Source: an uncultured bacterium (lineage in GTDB: Bacteria > Zixibacteria > MSB-5A5 > UBA10806). From it: DNA of 64,000 bases. The notes beneath the pieces are model-generated. The model was not told where the DNA came from, searched no databases, and saw nothing but the letters and a program-made list of their open reading frames with translations. Numbering within the stretch: the first letter of the stretch is position 1; each line of letters opens with the position of its first letter. The stretch spans positions 224,001-288,000 of the forward strand of contig CBEUCH010000001.1 of NCBI GenBank assembly GCA_965541585.1. The letters run 5' to 3'. The position numbers were made by a program, and so were the translations under genes. Shown here piece after piece: positions 1 to 9,319 of the stretch.

Positions 1-1
1 T

Positions 2-1606
2 CAGCTTGAACGTTCAACGGATTACGCTCCCGGCGGTGAATTGGGCGAATCGACGTTGCATTCCGCATACAGACAATTCCAGCAGAGTTTCGATAAGCGT
101 AACGCCGGCTTCGGAAACTCCCCCAAATTCCCGACACCTCACAATTTTCTTTTTCTGCTTCGCTACTGGAAGAGAACCGGCAAACCAGAGGCCCTGGAGA
201 TGGTGGAGAAGACCCTGCAGGCCATGAGAAGAGGCGGCATTTACGATCATGCAGGGTTTGGCTTTCACAGGTATTCCACTGACGCCCGGTGGCTGGTGCC
301 GCATTTCGAGAAGATGCTGTATGACCAGGCGATGCTGGCCATGGCCTATACAGAAGCCTACCAGGCAACCGGTAAAAAGGAATATGAAAAGACGGCACGG
401 GAGATTTTCACCTACGTCCTGCGGGATATGACCGACGCGGATGGCGGTTTCTATTCGGCGGAGGATGCCGACAGCGAAGGCGAGGAGGGGAAATTTTATT
501 TCTGGAGTGTAGACGAGATCGGTGAAATCTTAAATGATGAAGAGGCAGGGCTGATCATAAAGCTTTACAACGTTCAGCAAGGCGGTAATTTCGAAGACCA
601 GGCGAGCGGCCGGAAAACCGGGGAAAGTATCCTCCATCTTACCGGAACCTGGGCTGAGGAGGCGTCGCACCTTAAAATATCTGAAACGGCTCTTAAAAAT
701 AAGGCCGAATCCGCTCTGAAGAAGCTTTTCGATGTTCGTGAGAAGAGAATTCATCCCTATAAGGATGATAAGGTATTGACTGACTGGAATGGCCTGATGA
801 TCGCCGCCTTTGCCAAGGCGGCCCGCGCTTTCGATGAGCCGGAATATGCCCGGGCAGCAGGCCGCTCGGTTGAGTTCATACTGGAAAATCTTCGCCGAGA
901 AGACGGACGGTTGCTACATCGATACCGCGACGGGCAGGCGGCCATAACCGGCAATCTGGAAGATTATGCCTTTCTAATCTGGGGATTGATCGAACTCTAC
1001 CAGGCAACATTCGATATCGGGTATCTGCAGACGGCCCTGCAATTGAACAATGATCTTACGAACCATTTCTGGGATCACGAAAACGGCGGATTTTATTTTA
1101 CTCCGGATGATGGAGAAGAGCTTTTAGTCAGACAAAAGGAGATTTACGACGGGGCTATACCGTCCGGCAATTCCGTAGCCGCATACAACGGGATCAGGTT
1201 GTCCCGGATGACAGGTAACAGCAGCTACGAGGAAATCGCCTCTCGAATAAATAGCCTGTTTTCAGGCAACGTCGGCAGATCGCCATCGGCGTTCACGTTG
1301 CTGCTGACAGCCCTGGATTTCGGTGTCGGACCTTCATATGAGGTTGTAATCGTGGGCAATGAAAATTCCGCCGAAACAAGGGAAATGATACTGGCTCTGT
1401 TTGGCTCTTTTTTACCCAATAAGGTGGTTATTTTAAGACCGGTTGATGATAGTATGTCGGAAATCACACATATCGCACCCTTCGTCCAGCACCAGACAAC
1501 TATCGATGGCAGAACCACGGTTTACGTCTGCCGGAATTATACGTGCAATCTACCTACCACTGATATCCAGCAGATGTTAGAGCAGTTACAGGCCGGGAAT
1601 CCCTGA
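2..1606 (+). CDS. Thioredoxin-domain/six-hairpin protein, YyaL/DUF255 (SPATA20-like); 5' end lies outside the window
   Basis: Motifs [48 protein letters not shown] and [13 protein letters not shown]; the frame is open from base 2. Confidence 0.9.
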   Translation, partial: [534 protein letters not shown]

Positions 1607-1793
1607 TCGAAAGGTATCCGGCCTCAGTTTTGATCACCATTTAGAGCTTACCGAAAAGCTGATCGTGTGGCAGGCTGTTTGTTGAAGACTTCAGTTTACG
1701 ATGCAAAACGTTCTTGACATATTTTTTTAAGAATATATTTTATAGTGTTGGATATTCTAAATTGGTGAGCCTCACCTTTTCTCTGGAGGAGTA

Positions 1794-4421
1794 ATGAAAT
1801 CGAAGGTTCTTATTATTATGTCGCTTCTTCTGGTGTCCCGTCTCGCAATGGCAGTCAGTCTGTCTCCAGAATCTCTGGAGAAATTAAAGGCCACCGGACA
1901 ACTCGAGCAGATAGTACAGATGATTGACGGGGCTATGGCGAAAGGCGTCTGGAAGCCCAATCCCGATCCCTATCTTTTTGGCGTTACTGCCGATGTAGAT
2001 ACGCTGCACTGCCTGATAATTCTCGTGGATTTTGTTGATAATCCTTACGACGCCCGCCGAGTTTCGGAACCTGAAGAATTCGACACTTTGCTTTTCTCAG
2101 AAGGCATAACCGATCCGGGCAGTATGACAGATTTCTATTTTGAGAATTCATACGGGCAGGCCCTCCTGGTGGGCCAGGTCACCCGCTGGTATAGGATGCC
2201 GGAAACCTATGAATATTATGTCAACCATAATAATGGATTCGGGAGTTATCCTCGCAACGCTCAACGGCTTACCGAGGATGCGGTTCTGGCAGCCGATCCC
2301 GATATCGATTTTTCGATATACGACAACGATGACGACGGTATGGTGGATGCTCTGTTCGTGGTCCACGCCGGGCCCGGAGCTGAGGACAGCGGCGGCAATC
2401 TGGATATGATCTGGTCTCATGCCTGGGTCACCAGCCATTACATTCCGCTGGATGATGTATATGTATATCGCTATACCATGGAGCCTGAGGAGACCAGTGG
2501 GGGCCAGCTGGTTACAATCGGAGTATTTTGCCATGAGTTTGGCCATGCTCTCGGCCTGCCGGATCTATATGATACCGATTATAGCTCAAGTGGAATGGGG
2601 TACTGGTCGGTTATGGCCGGTGGTTCCTGGGGGGGTGGCGGTGCCCGGCCCGTTCATTTCGATGCCTGGTGCAAGTATGATTTGGGATGGGTGAATCCAA
2701 CCGTGGTTGAAGAGCTTCTTGATGATGAGCAGATCGACGCCGTTGAGTTCGAGCCCGACGTTTACCAGTTATACAGCCTGGGGATACCGCATTATGAATA
2801 CTTCCTGGTGGAGAACAGGAGACGGCTGCTATTCGATTTTTCTATGCCGGGGGAGGGTCTAATAGTAATTCATGTAGACGAGAGGATACAGGATAACAGA
2901 AACGAAAATCACTACAAGGTAATTGTTGAACAGGCCGATGGGCAGTACAATCTCGAGAATGGCAGCGGAGCAGACGGAGGTGATCCTTACCCGGGCTATA
3001 CCGATAATCGTACGTTCGACGATTTCTCCAGGCCCGACGCCTGGCTTTATGACGGACAGCCCTCGGAGATAGCGGTGACCGATATCTCTGATTCCGACTC
3101 CACCATGTTCGCCGACCTGTCGGTGGAATATACCACACCCCTGTATCAGCTTCTGGATCTATCGTTTGACGAGACCAGCGGCAATGATAATCAGCGTCCT
3201 GAGCCGGGGGAGACTCTGGAATTGTTTTTCTCCGCACAGAACATAAGAGCGCTTGTGGATGATCTGACAGTTACCGGGAGCTGTTCTGATTCTCGCATCA
3301 TCTTTACGGATTCCATATCCTGGATAGGAAATACGCCGCCGGATGAGCCGTTTGATAACCAGGGCGATCCCATTGCCTTTTCGGTACCGGGAAATTTCCC
3401 TATCAGCTTCGTTGAGTTTATCCTGACATTCACCGCTCAGGACGGCGAGTTCGATCAGGAATTCAGGCAAAGAATTCTCGTAGGAATGCCCGACCTCCTG
3501 CTTGTCGATGACGACGGGGGACGGGATGAGAGCGAATATTTTATTTCAGCCATGGAAAACCTCGAACAAACTTATGATGTCTGGGATGTTTCGACCGAAG
3601 GCTCTCCGGCGTCTGTTCTGGGTGGATATTTGATGGTCATATGGTTTACGGGTGACAGCCGCCCGGAGCCGATGCCGACCGGGGATGTCGAGGCCCTGAC
3701 TGCCTATCTTGACAGTGGCGGGCGGCTACTTATGACGAGCCAGGATTTCGTGCAAAGGCTCTCCGAGAGGGGCGATGCTGCCGATCTGGCCCTTATAGAA
3801 GATTATCTAAAGGTCGACTACGAGACGAGGGAAACAGACGCCATGGTTTTTGGGGATGCGGGTACCGTATTTGACGGTCTCCAGTTTCTAACGGCGGGCA
3901 ACGGTGGCGCCGGGAACCAGGTTTCCCGGGATGCATTGATAATGATGAATGGCGGAATGCGGATGCTATCCTATGGAAGCGACAGGATCGCCGCCGTGGC
4001 TGCCATCAACGGTTATGCCGCAATGACTTTTGGATTCGGTATCGAGGCCATTTACAACGATTATTCCGGCTGGGACAACAGGGAAGATATCCTCGATGCG
4101 GCAATGAACTTCCTCTGGCAGGCCACCTCCGTCTCCGAGTCGGAGGATGTGATCCCGGTTAATATATCCTTAAGCCAGAACTATCCTAACCCGTTTAACC
4201 CGTCGACCGCGATTACATTTGACCTGCCGGTATCAGGGCCGGTCCGGTTGGTGATTTACGATCTCCTCGGACGGATGGTTGATATTCCGGTGGATGGTAA
4301 CCTCGATGCAGGAGGCCACAAAATAAGCTGGGATGGAAAGGATCGCCCGAGCGGTGTTTACTTTTATCGCTTGATTACATCAGATGAGACTGTTACAAGA
4401 CGCATGACGTTGCTAAAATAA
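1794..4421 (+). CDS. Secreted M6 (immune inhibitor A-like) zinc metalloprotease with C-terminal T9SS-like sorting/FlgD-Ig domain
   Basis: Signal peptide; HEFGHALGLPDLYD zinc motif; WSVMAGGSW; YFLVENR; C-terminal QNYPNPFNP...SGVYFYRL...RRMTLLK; GGAGG RBS. Confidence 0.9.
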   Translation: MKSKVLIIMSLLLVSRLAMAVSLSPESLEKLKATGQLEQIVQMIDGAMAKGVWKPNPDPYLFGVTADVDTLHCLIILVDFVDNPYDARRVSEPEEFDTLLFSEGITDPGSMTDFYFENSYGQALLVGQVTRWYRMPETYEYYVNHNNGFGSYPRNAQRLTEDAVLAADPDIDFSIYDNDDDGMVDALFVVHAGPGAEDSGGNLDMIWSHAWVTSHYIPLDDVYVYRYTMEPEETSGGQLVTIGVFCHEFGHALGLPDLYDTDYSSSGMGYWSVMAGGSWGGGGARPVHFDAWCKYDLGWVNPTVVEELLDDEQIDAVEFEPDVYQLYSLGIPHYEYFLVENRRRLLFDFSMPGEGLIVIHVDERIQDNRNENHYKVIVEQADGQYNLENGSGADGGDPYPGYTDNRTFDDFSRPDAWLYDGQPSEIAVTDISDSDSTMFADLSVEYTTPLYQLLDLSFDETSGNDNQRPEPGETLELFFSAQNIRALVDDLTVTGSCSDSRIIFTDSISWIGNTPPDEPFDNQGDPIAFSVPGNFPISFVEFILTFTAQDGEFDQEFRQRILVGMPDLLLVDDDGGRDESEYFISAMENLEQTYDVWDVSTEGSPASVLGGYLMVIWFTGDSRPEPMPTGDVEALTAYLDSGGRLLMTSQDFVQRLSERGDAADLALIEDYLKVDYETRETDAMVFGDAGTVFDGLQFLTAGNGGAGNQVSRDALIMMNGGMRMLSYGSDRIAAVAAINGYAAMTFGFGIEAIYNDYSGWDNREDILDAAMNFLWQATSVSESEDVIPVNISLSQNYPNPFNPSTAITFDLPVSGPVRLVIYDLLGRMVDIPVDGNLDAGGHKISWDGKDRPSGVYFYRLITSDETVTRRMTLLK

Positions 4422-4560
4422 TATTTGTAAAGACATCTCGGTCGATCAGTCTTTTAAGAGAGCATCTGGATGATGTCCTCTCGATGAGTTTGCGTGATGA
4501 GGTCTGTTCATCGATTAAAAACAACTTCTCATCATCCGCCGGCTCTGTCAGGAAGATAGT

Positions 4561-5580
4561 ATGACGAGCATAAAGTCGACAATGAACGTAAGTGTTTTAA
4601 TTATTGCTGCTTTGTTGGTGGCGTTCGCGTTTACCGTCAGCGGCCAGGCGCAGATCCCCGGCGATTTCAATTGTAATGGATTTATTGATTCCTCCGATCC
4701 GGTAATACTCGCAAATATGATAAACTTTATCATTCCTCCCATCGAGGATACCAGTGGTTGCACCTGGTATGCCGGCGATGCCAACGACGACAGCTTATAT
4801 CATACGATTTCGGATTGGATGCAGTTCATTTATATGTTCTCGGGCGATGCACCAGGCGATAATCCTCCTCAGCCGGAAGAACTGGATAGCATAATTGTGG
4901 CCGATACCTCAGGCGTTCCGGGAGAATCTCTGGCGCTGCCGCTGTTCGTGAAGACGGTCGATGATCTATCCGGCATTTTTGTTCAGCTTCATATTGATAC
5001 ATCATTTTTTGAAAATCTATCGGTTAGCCCCGGCTCTGACTCTCTTGATATAAATCAATATATTTCTGAAGATAGGATCTTTCTGGATCATATAGTGGAA
5101 TTAAGCGCCGGATATTACCATATCGCTGATATCAATTTCTCCATTCGGGGCGATGCCCCGCCGGATGAGGAAATAACCATAGAAATTATTGCCGGCGATT
5201 ATTACCCGTCGGCGTTTGCAAACATATCTTTTCCGACTTACCTCATCCGACCTGCTTTGATTAGTGGGACCATATATATCGAGAGAACAGGAATAGACGA
5301 TTATGGACTTCCGGATAAGCTGTCGTTCGATCTTTCAAACTTCCCGAATCCTTTTAACTCATCCACGATTATAAGATTTTCGCTGGAAACTGAATCTAAT
5401 GTAGAGCTGGCCGTTTTCGATATTCTCGGTCGTCGAATTGATAGACTCGTGGATGGCCATCTTTCGTCGGGCGATTACCTGATAGAGTGGGATGCCCGCG
5501 GTCGCCCAAGCGGGGTCTATTTCTACAGGCTGGTTACGCAGGAAACGGCGGTTACACGGCGGATGACGCTTTTGAGATAG
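4561..5580 (+). CDS. Secreted protein with dockerin-like, cohesin-like and C-terminal sorting domains
   Basis: Signal peptide; twin Ca-loop repeats GDFNCNGFIDSSD and GDANDDSLYHTISD; beta-sandwich starting DSIIVADTSGVPGESLALPL; CTD NFPNPFNS...SGVYFYRL. Confidence 0.7.
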   Translation: MTSIKSTMNVSVLIIAALLVAFAFTVSGQAQIPGDFNCNGFIDSSDPVILANMINFIIPPIEDTSGCTWYAGDANDDSLYHTISDWMQFIYMFSGDAPGDNPPQPEELDSIIVADTSGVPGESLALPLFVKTVDDLSGIFVQLHIDTSFFENLSVSPGSDSLDINQYISEDRIFLDHIVELSAGYYHIADINFSIRGDAPPDEEITIEIIAGDYYPSAFANISFPTYLIRPALISGTIYIERTGIDDYGLPDKLSFDLSNFPNPFNSSTIIRFSLETESNVELAVFDILGRRIDRLVDGHLSSGDYLIEWDARGRPSGVYFYRLVTQETAVTRRMTLLR

Positions 5581-5615
5581 AAGGTAAATCAGCCGTACCC
5601 ATTCAAGGAGGAACA

Positions 5616-6845
5616 ATGAAAACAATATTTGGTACATGGACTCATTTCTATTGGTTTTTACTATTATTGATTTTGCCCTCTAATTCCGACGGCCAGGTGA
5701 TCTCTGTTGACGAGTTCCTTCAGACGAAGCTGGTCTCCCGGGATGCCACCGAAACATTTTCATATGATTGCCCCGGCAAGTTCTATTCTTCTGTATATAG
5801 CGATAAGCATTTATCAATAACCTATTCACAACCAAGAACAATCAATACCGAAGAAGGCTCAAAAGATATTTATGATCCTCGCAGGGTTGAAATATTTAAC
5901 TCGCAAGGTAAGCTTTTAAATATACTAGCTGAGGGTGAAAAACCTCGCGTAGCCGGTTTCATTGAAGGCGAAACAGATTACTATGTTTTTGTACAAAGGG
6001 TTGGCGGCAACCATGAGATCGGTATATACGACATGGAGGGAAATATTGTAAAGTCGCTAAATCGCGGATTCTATTCTTATAGTTCACCGCAAGGAAAGTT
6101 CTATTATAACCAGGGTGGAGAAAGCGGTTTAACTATTTATAATGAAAACGGTGATAAGTTATTCGGAATACCTATCAAAGGAGACCGATTTACGGCTAAC
6201 GCTGCTTCCGATTCAACTTTATTGGTTGTTGGTAGAACCACTTTAGCTTTTTGGAATATCAATACTCAAGAGATAATATGGGAAAGAAACATTCCGACTA
6301 AACGAAATAATATTGTAGATGAATCCTCTCACATTCAATTTTCAATGCCCGGCAATATAATAGCATTACATAGCAGTAAGGGCTACTATTGCTTCAATTT
6401 CCAGGGTGATTTTTTGTGGGCTGACGAAGATTATGGCTTTGGCGCTAAGTCGTTAAAACACACAGGTGTTTCAAAGAGTAATGGCGATGTAGTTGTAATT
6501 TACTCTAAGTTTAATAACCAACATTCGCGCTTTGTGAAGGTTTTCAATAATAAGGGTATATCATTGGGCGAGCATGAAATTCAGTTGGGAGAAAATGTCA
6601 AATTTGCTAGCACTTACAGTTTTACAGCTGTGGTATATAACGATCATGTTTTGATACGAATCGGGACAAGTACTGCTGATCAGGGTATCGGTTTTGCCAC
6701 TTGCATTTTATATAAAGAAAATCAATCCTGGAGTTCCGCCGTTGTAGGTGGTTTCTGGTATTTTTTAAACAAAGACAGCCAGATGGAAAGATTAATTGGA
6801 TATGATTCAATTTCCCGGCAAGTTAGAGGATTTCAAATTAAATAG
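5616..6845 (+). CDS. Hypothetical exported protein, probably beta-propeller-like; AT-rich
   Basis: ATG 5616 follows an AGGAGG RBS; hydrophobic N-terminus; repeated (I/V)(F/Y)NxxG-like turns. Confidence 0.65.
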   Translation: MKTIFGTWTHFYWFLLLLILPSNSDGQVISVDEFLQTKLVSRDATETFSYDCPGKFYSSVYSDKHLSITYSQPRTINTEEGSKDIYDPRRVEIFNSQGKLLNILAEGEKPRVAGFIEGETDYYVFVQRVGGNHEIGIYDMEGNIVKSLNRGFYSYSSPQGKFYYNQGGESGLTIYNENGDKLFGIPIKGDRFTANAASDSTLLVVGRTTLAFWNINTQEIIWERNIPTKRNNIVDESSHIQFSMPGNIIALHSSKGYYCFNFQGDFLWADEDYGFGAKSLKHTGVSKSNGDVVVIYSKFNNQHSRFVKVFNNKGISLGEHEIQLGENVKFASTYSFTAVVYNDHVLIRIGTSTADQGIGFATCILYKENQSWSSAVVGGFWYFLNKDSQMERLIGYDSISRQVRGFQIK

Positions 6846-6875
6846 GCGGTTGATGTATACTGCCCCCCATTTTTC

Positions 6876-6904
6876 TTGACATAGAATATCTAATAACATA
6901 GAAT
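6876..6904 (+). promoter_or_regulatory. Sigma70-type promoter for the riboswitch/btuB operon
   Basis: TTGACA-N17-TAGAAT directly upstream of the riboswitch. Confidence 0.75.
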
Positions 6905-6909
6905 AATTA

Positions 6910-7062
6910 TTGAAGGGTCAAATGGCCCCGATGGGAAGGCGGTGAGAGGCCGTCGCAGCCCCGCTACTGTAATCGGGTAAGCGCCGCATCAGCCACCCCC
7001 GCAAGGGAGGAAGGCGCGGCCGCCCAGTCCGGGTCCGTAAGTCAGGATACCATCGGAAATAT
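6910..7062 (+). promoter_or_regulatory. Cobalamin (B12) riboswitch
   Basis: Conserved elements in order: GGGAA-GGCGGTGAGAGGCCG, GCAGCCCCGCTACTGTAA, GCCAC...GGAAGG, and B12-box AAGTCAGGATACC; sits upstream of a TonB-dependent receptor. Confidence 0.92.
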
Positions 7063-7093
7063 TCCTTGTTAACCTTCGAGGGCGAGGTAGGGA

Positions 7094-9319
7094 ATGCAAC
7101 CAAGCTTATTTCCGGCCGAACGGGAAAAACCGATCGGGACCCTCGGCCGGCTTTTCATTGCCATAATTTTGGGGATAATCCTCTCGTTTTTCCTGTCATC
7201 CCTCGCCAGATCGCAGACTGAAATCAAGATCGTCGGACAGGTTATCGATGCCATTTCGGGCGCTCCGATCCCCGGAGCGGCTGTGCACATCGAAGGTTTG
7301 GGTAAAACCGTGGCCACCGACGGCACCGGCCATTTTCGCTTCACTGACCTGCCGGTAGGTTATTATTCGATAGATGCTCAGAGGATCGGATATAAGCTTA
7401 TCTCCCCGATTCGGACCTATGTGAGTCCGAGCTCAGCATCGCAGATTATTGTAAAAATGTCTCCTGTACCGGTGGCCGTATCGGACCAGCTTGTGAGAGC
7501 AGGTAAAATAGACCGGGTTACTATTCGACGTGAAGGTAATCTATCGATAGTGGAGATACCGCGTGGTGGGCTGGAGAATATCAACGACCTGGTGGATAGA
7601 ATTCCCGAACTCGAGCTTGTGGAATCCGGGGCACAGGAATTTCTGAGAATCCGGGGCGCGGATCTAAATGGTACTGTCGTTATGCTCGATGGCCGGCTTA
7701 TCAATTCGACACTTACCTCAAGAGGCGATATTTCTGTGATTCCGATCGGTTCTGTAACCAGAATAGAAATCGCCAGGGGTGGCAATTATTCAACTCCGGG
7801 TCTGGCCGGTAGCGTCAATTTTCGGACGGACGACCGAGGCCATGATCGTCGAATAGCCGTTTCCGGAGAGCGCGGTAATCATGGTTTTGAATCCTATTCA
7901 TTCCGCACTGGAGGACATAGCCTCGCAGGGCTCAATCCGACTCTGGAGTGGAACAATAGTTTCTATAGAGGCGATTTTTCTTTCATTGATCCGAGGGACT
8001 CGATTCAAACACGGCAAAACAATTTTAGCCGCACTTCGAAAATATTCAGTACTATCGATTACGATTGGAAGCGTGCCGCCCTGAAATTGGGCGGTAGATA
8101 TTTCAAGCGAAAGGCCGGTGTGCCGGGCCCCATTTTCCAGCTAACGCCGGAGGCTAATTCTAATATCGAGGAAAAAGAAATATACACGAGATTCTCACAA
8201 GGATTCGGTTCCGATACAGAGCTGGATCTTACGGCCGGAGTTACGAACAGGCATGCCGAATATGATTCCCCCAGAACTCCCACAAACTTTATCCCTTATA
8301 AAACGGTGTTCGATGAACAATCGCGGGACATCAAAATACAAATCCAGCGGGCGGGGCGGATCGATCTCGACAGTTATCTAGGGATCCGATACGAGTCATT
8401 GGATGGTGAGGATCTTATTCGACCCGCAGCCGGTTTCGGTTTCCATTCCAGGCTGGTCAACGCTCTGGGCATAGCGGCTTCCTACAGGTTCGAGAAACTA
8501 AGCATATTAAATGAATCATCGGCCATAATCATCGGTCTGCGGAAAGAGGGCGGTGACCACGGGGATTTCTGGGCGCCGTCAGTGACCTCGAGAATCAACC
8601 TGGATCTACCTGCCGAACCGGGATTCGATTTCTCCTATTCGAGAGCACGCCGTCTGCCGGATCTGACCGACCTGTACTGGAAAGAGGATGTTTTTGCCAC
8701 GCCGAATGCGGACCTGCAGCCGGAAGAATCCAGAGGCTATGAGATCGGTTTCGATCTCCGGAATGGTATTTTTGGCCCGGTGAATTTGAGAATCTCACGA
8801 TACCTGACCCACTATGACAATCTGATCATCTGGCGAAAATGGGCCGGCGATAAATTCAAACCGGTAAACCTCTCTCGTGCCGAGATCAGCGGATGGGACG
8901 TCTCGCTTGAGGCTAACCCCCTGAATGGCCCGGTGTCGCTCTACTGGATCGCCTCATTTACAAAGCCGCTTAACAAAGAAAGCGAAATGAGCCATCACGA
9001 CAAGTTCCTGACATTCCGACCGATCGGCACCCAGAATGCCGCAATCGAAATTGATTTCGAAAATCTCAAATTAAGAGTGGCCGGACGGCATATCGGGCGA
9101 CGTTACACAACTGAGGAGAACACAAAATCCCTGACGCCGGTGGATCTGATTGATCTTGGAATCAACTATAAGCTGCAACTCAGATCAATCGAGGCGGCTT
9201 TTGGTATAGAACTTACCAATGTCGGCGATATCCAGTATGAGATTCTGGATCGTCAGCCTCAACGGCCCAGAGAATACAGAGCAAGAATAGAGATTCGAAA
9301 AATAGGAGGATATAAATGA
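7094..9319 (+). CDS. btuB: TonB-dependent receptor, probable cobalamin transporter, with N-terminal carboxypeptidase-regulatory-like domain
   Basis: GQVIDAISGAPIPGAAV N-domain; plug motifs LRIRG...VMLDG and RIEIARGG...LAGSVNF; barrel motif NADLQPEES; riboswitch context. Confidence 0.8.
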   Translation: MQPSLFPAEREKPIGTLGRLFIAIILGIILSFFLSSLARSQTEIKIVGQVIDAISGAPIPGAAVHIEGLGKTVATDGTGHFRFTDLPVGYYSIDAQRIGYKLISPIRTYVSPSSASQIIVKMSPVPVAVSDQLVRAGKIDRVTIRREGNLSIVEIPRGGLENINDLVDRIPELELVESGAQEFLRIRGADLNGTVVMLDGRLINSTLTSRGDISVIPIGSVTRIEIARGGNYSTPGLAGSVNFRTDDRGHDRRIAVSGERGNHGFESYSFRTGGHSLAGLNPTLEWNNSFYRGDFSFIDPRDSIQTRQNNFSRTSKIFSTIDYDWKRAALKLGGRYFKRKAGVPGPIFQLTPEANSNIEEKEIYTRFSQGFGSDTELDLTAGVTNRHAEYDSPRTPTNFIPYKTVFDEQSRDIKIQIQRAGRIDLDSYLGIRYESLDGEDLIRPAAGFGFHSRLVNALGIAASYRFEKLSILNESSAIIIGLRKEGGDHGDFWAPSVTSRINLDLPAEPGFDFSYSRARRLPDLTDLYWKEDVFATPNADLQPEESRGYEIGFDLRNGIFGPVNLRISRYLTHYDNLIIWRKWAGDKFKPVNLSRAEISGWDVSLEANPLNGPVSLYWIASFTKPLNKESEMSHHDKFLTFRPIGTQNAAIEIDFENLKLRVAGRHIGRRYTTEENTKSLTPVDLIDLGINYKLQLRSIEAAFGIELTNVGDIQYEILDRQPQRPREYRARIEIRKIGGYK

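Noticed and set aside
4422..4560. Possible ribozyme or sRNA in the GATGA-rich intergenic region
   Set aside because: No CTGATGA...GAAA hammerhead core or convincing conserved fold
5487..5615. N-terminal extension of the 452-aa ORF
   Set aside because: It overlaps the upstream gene; ATG 5616 has a strong RBS and begins a signal peptide
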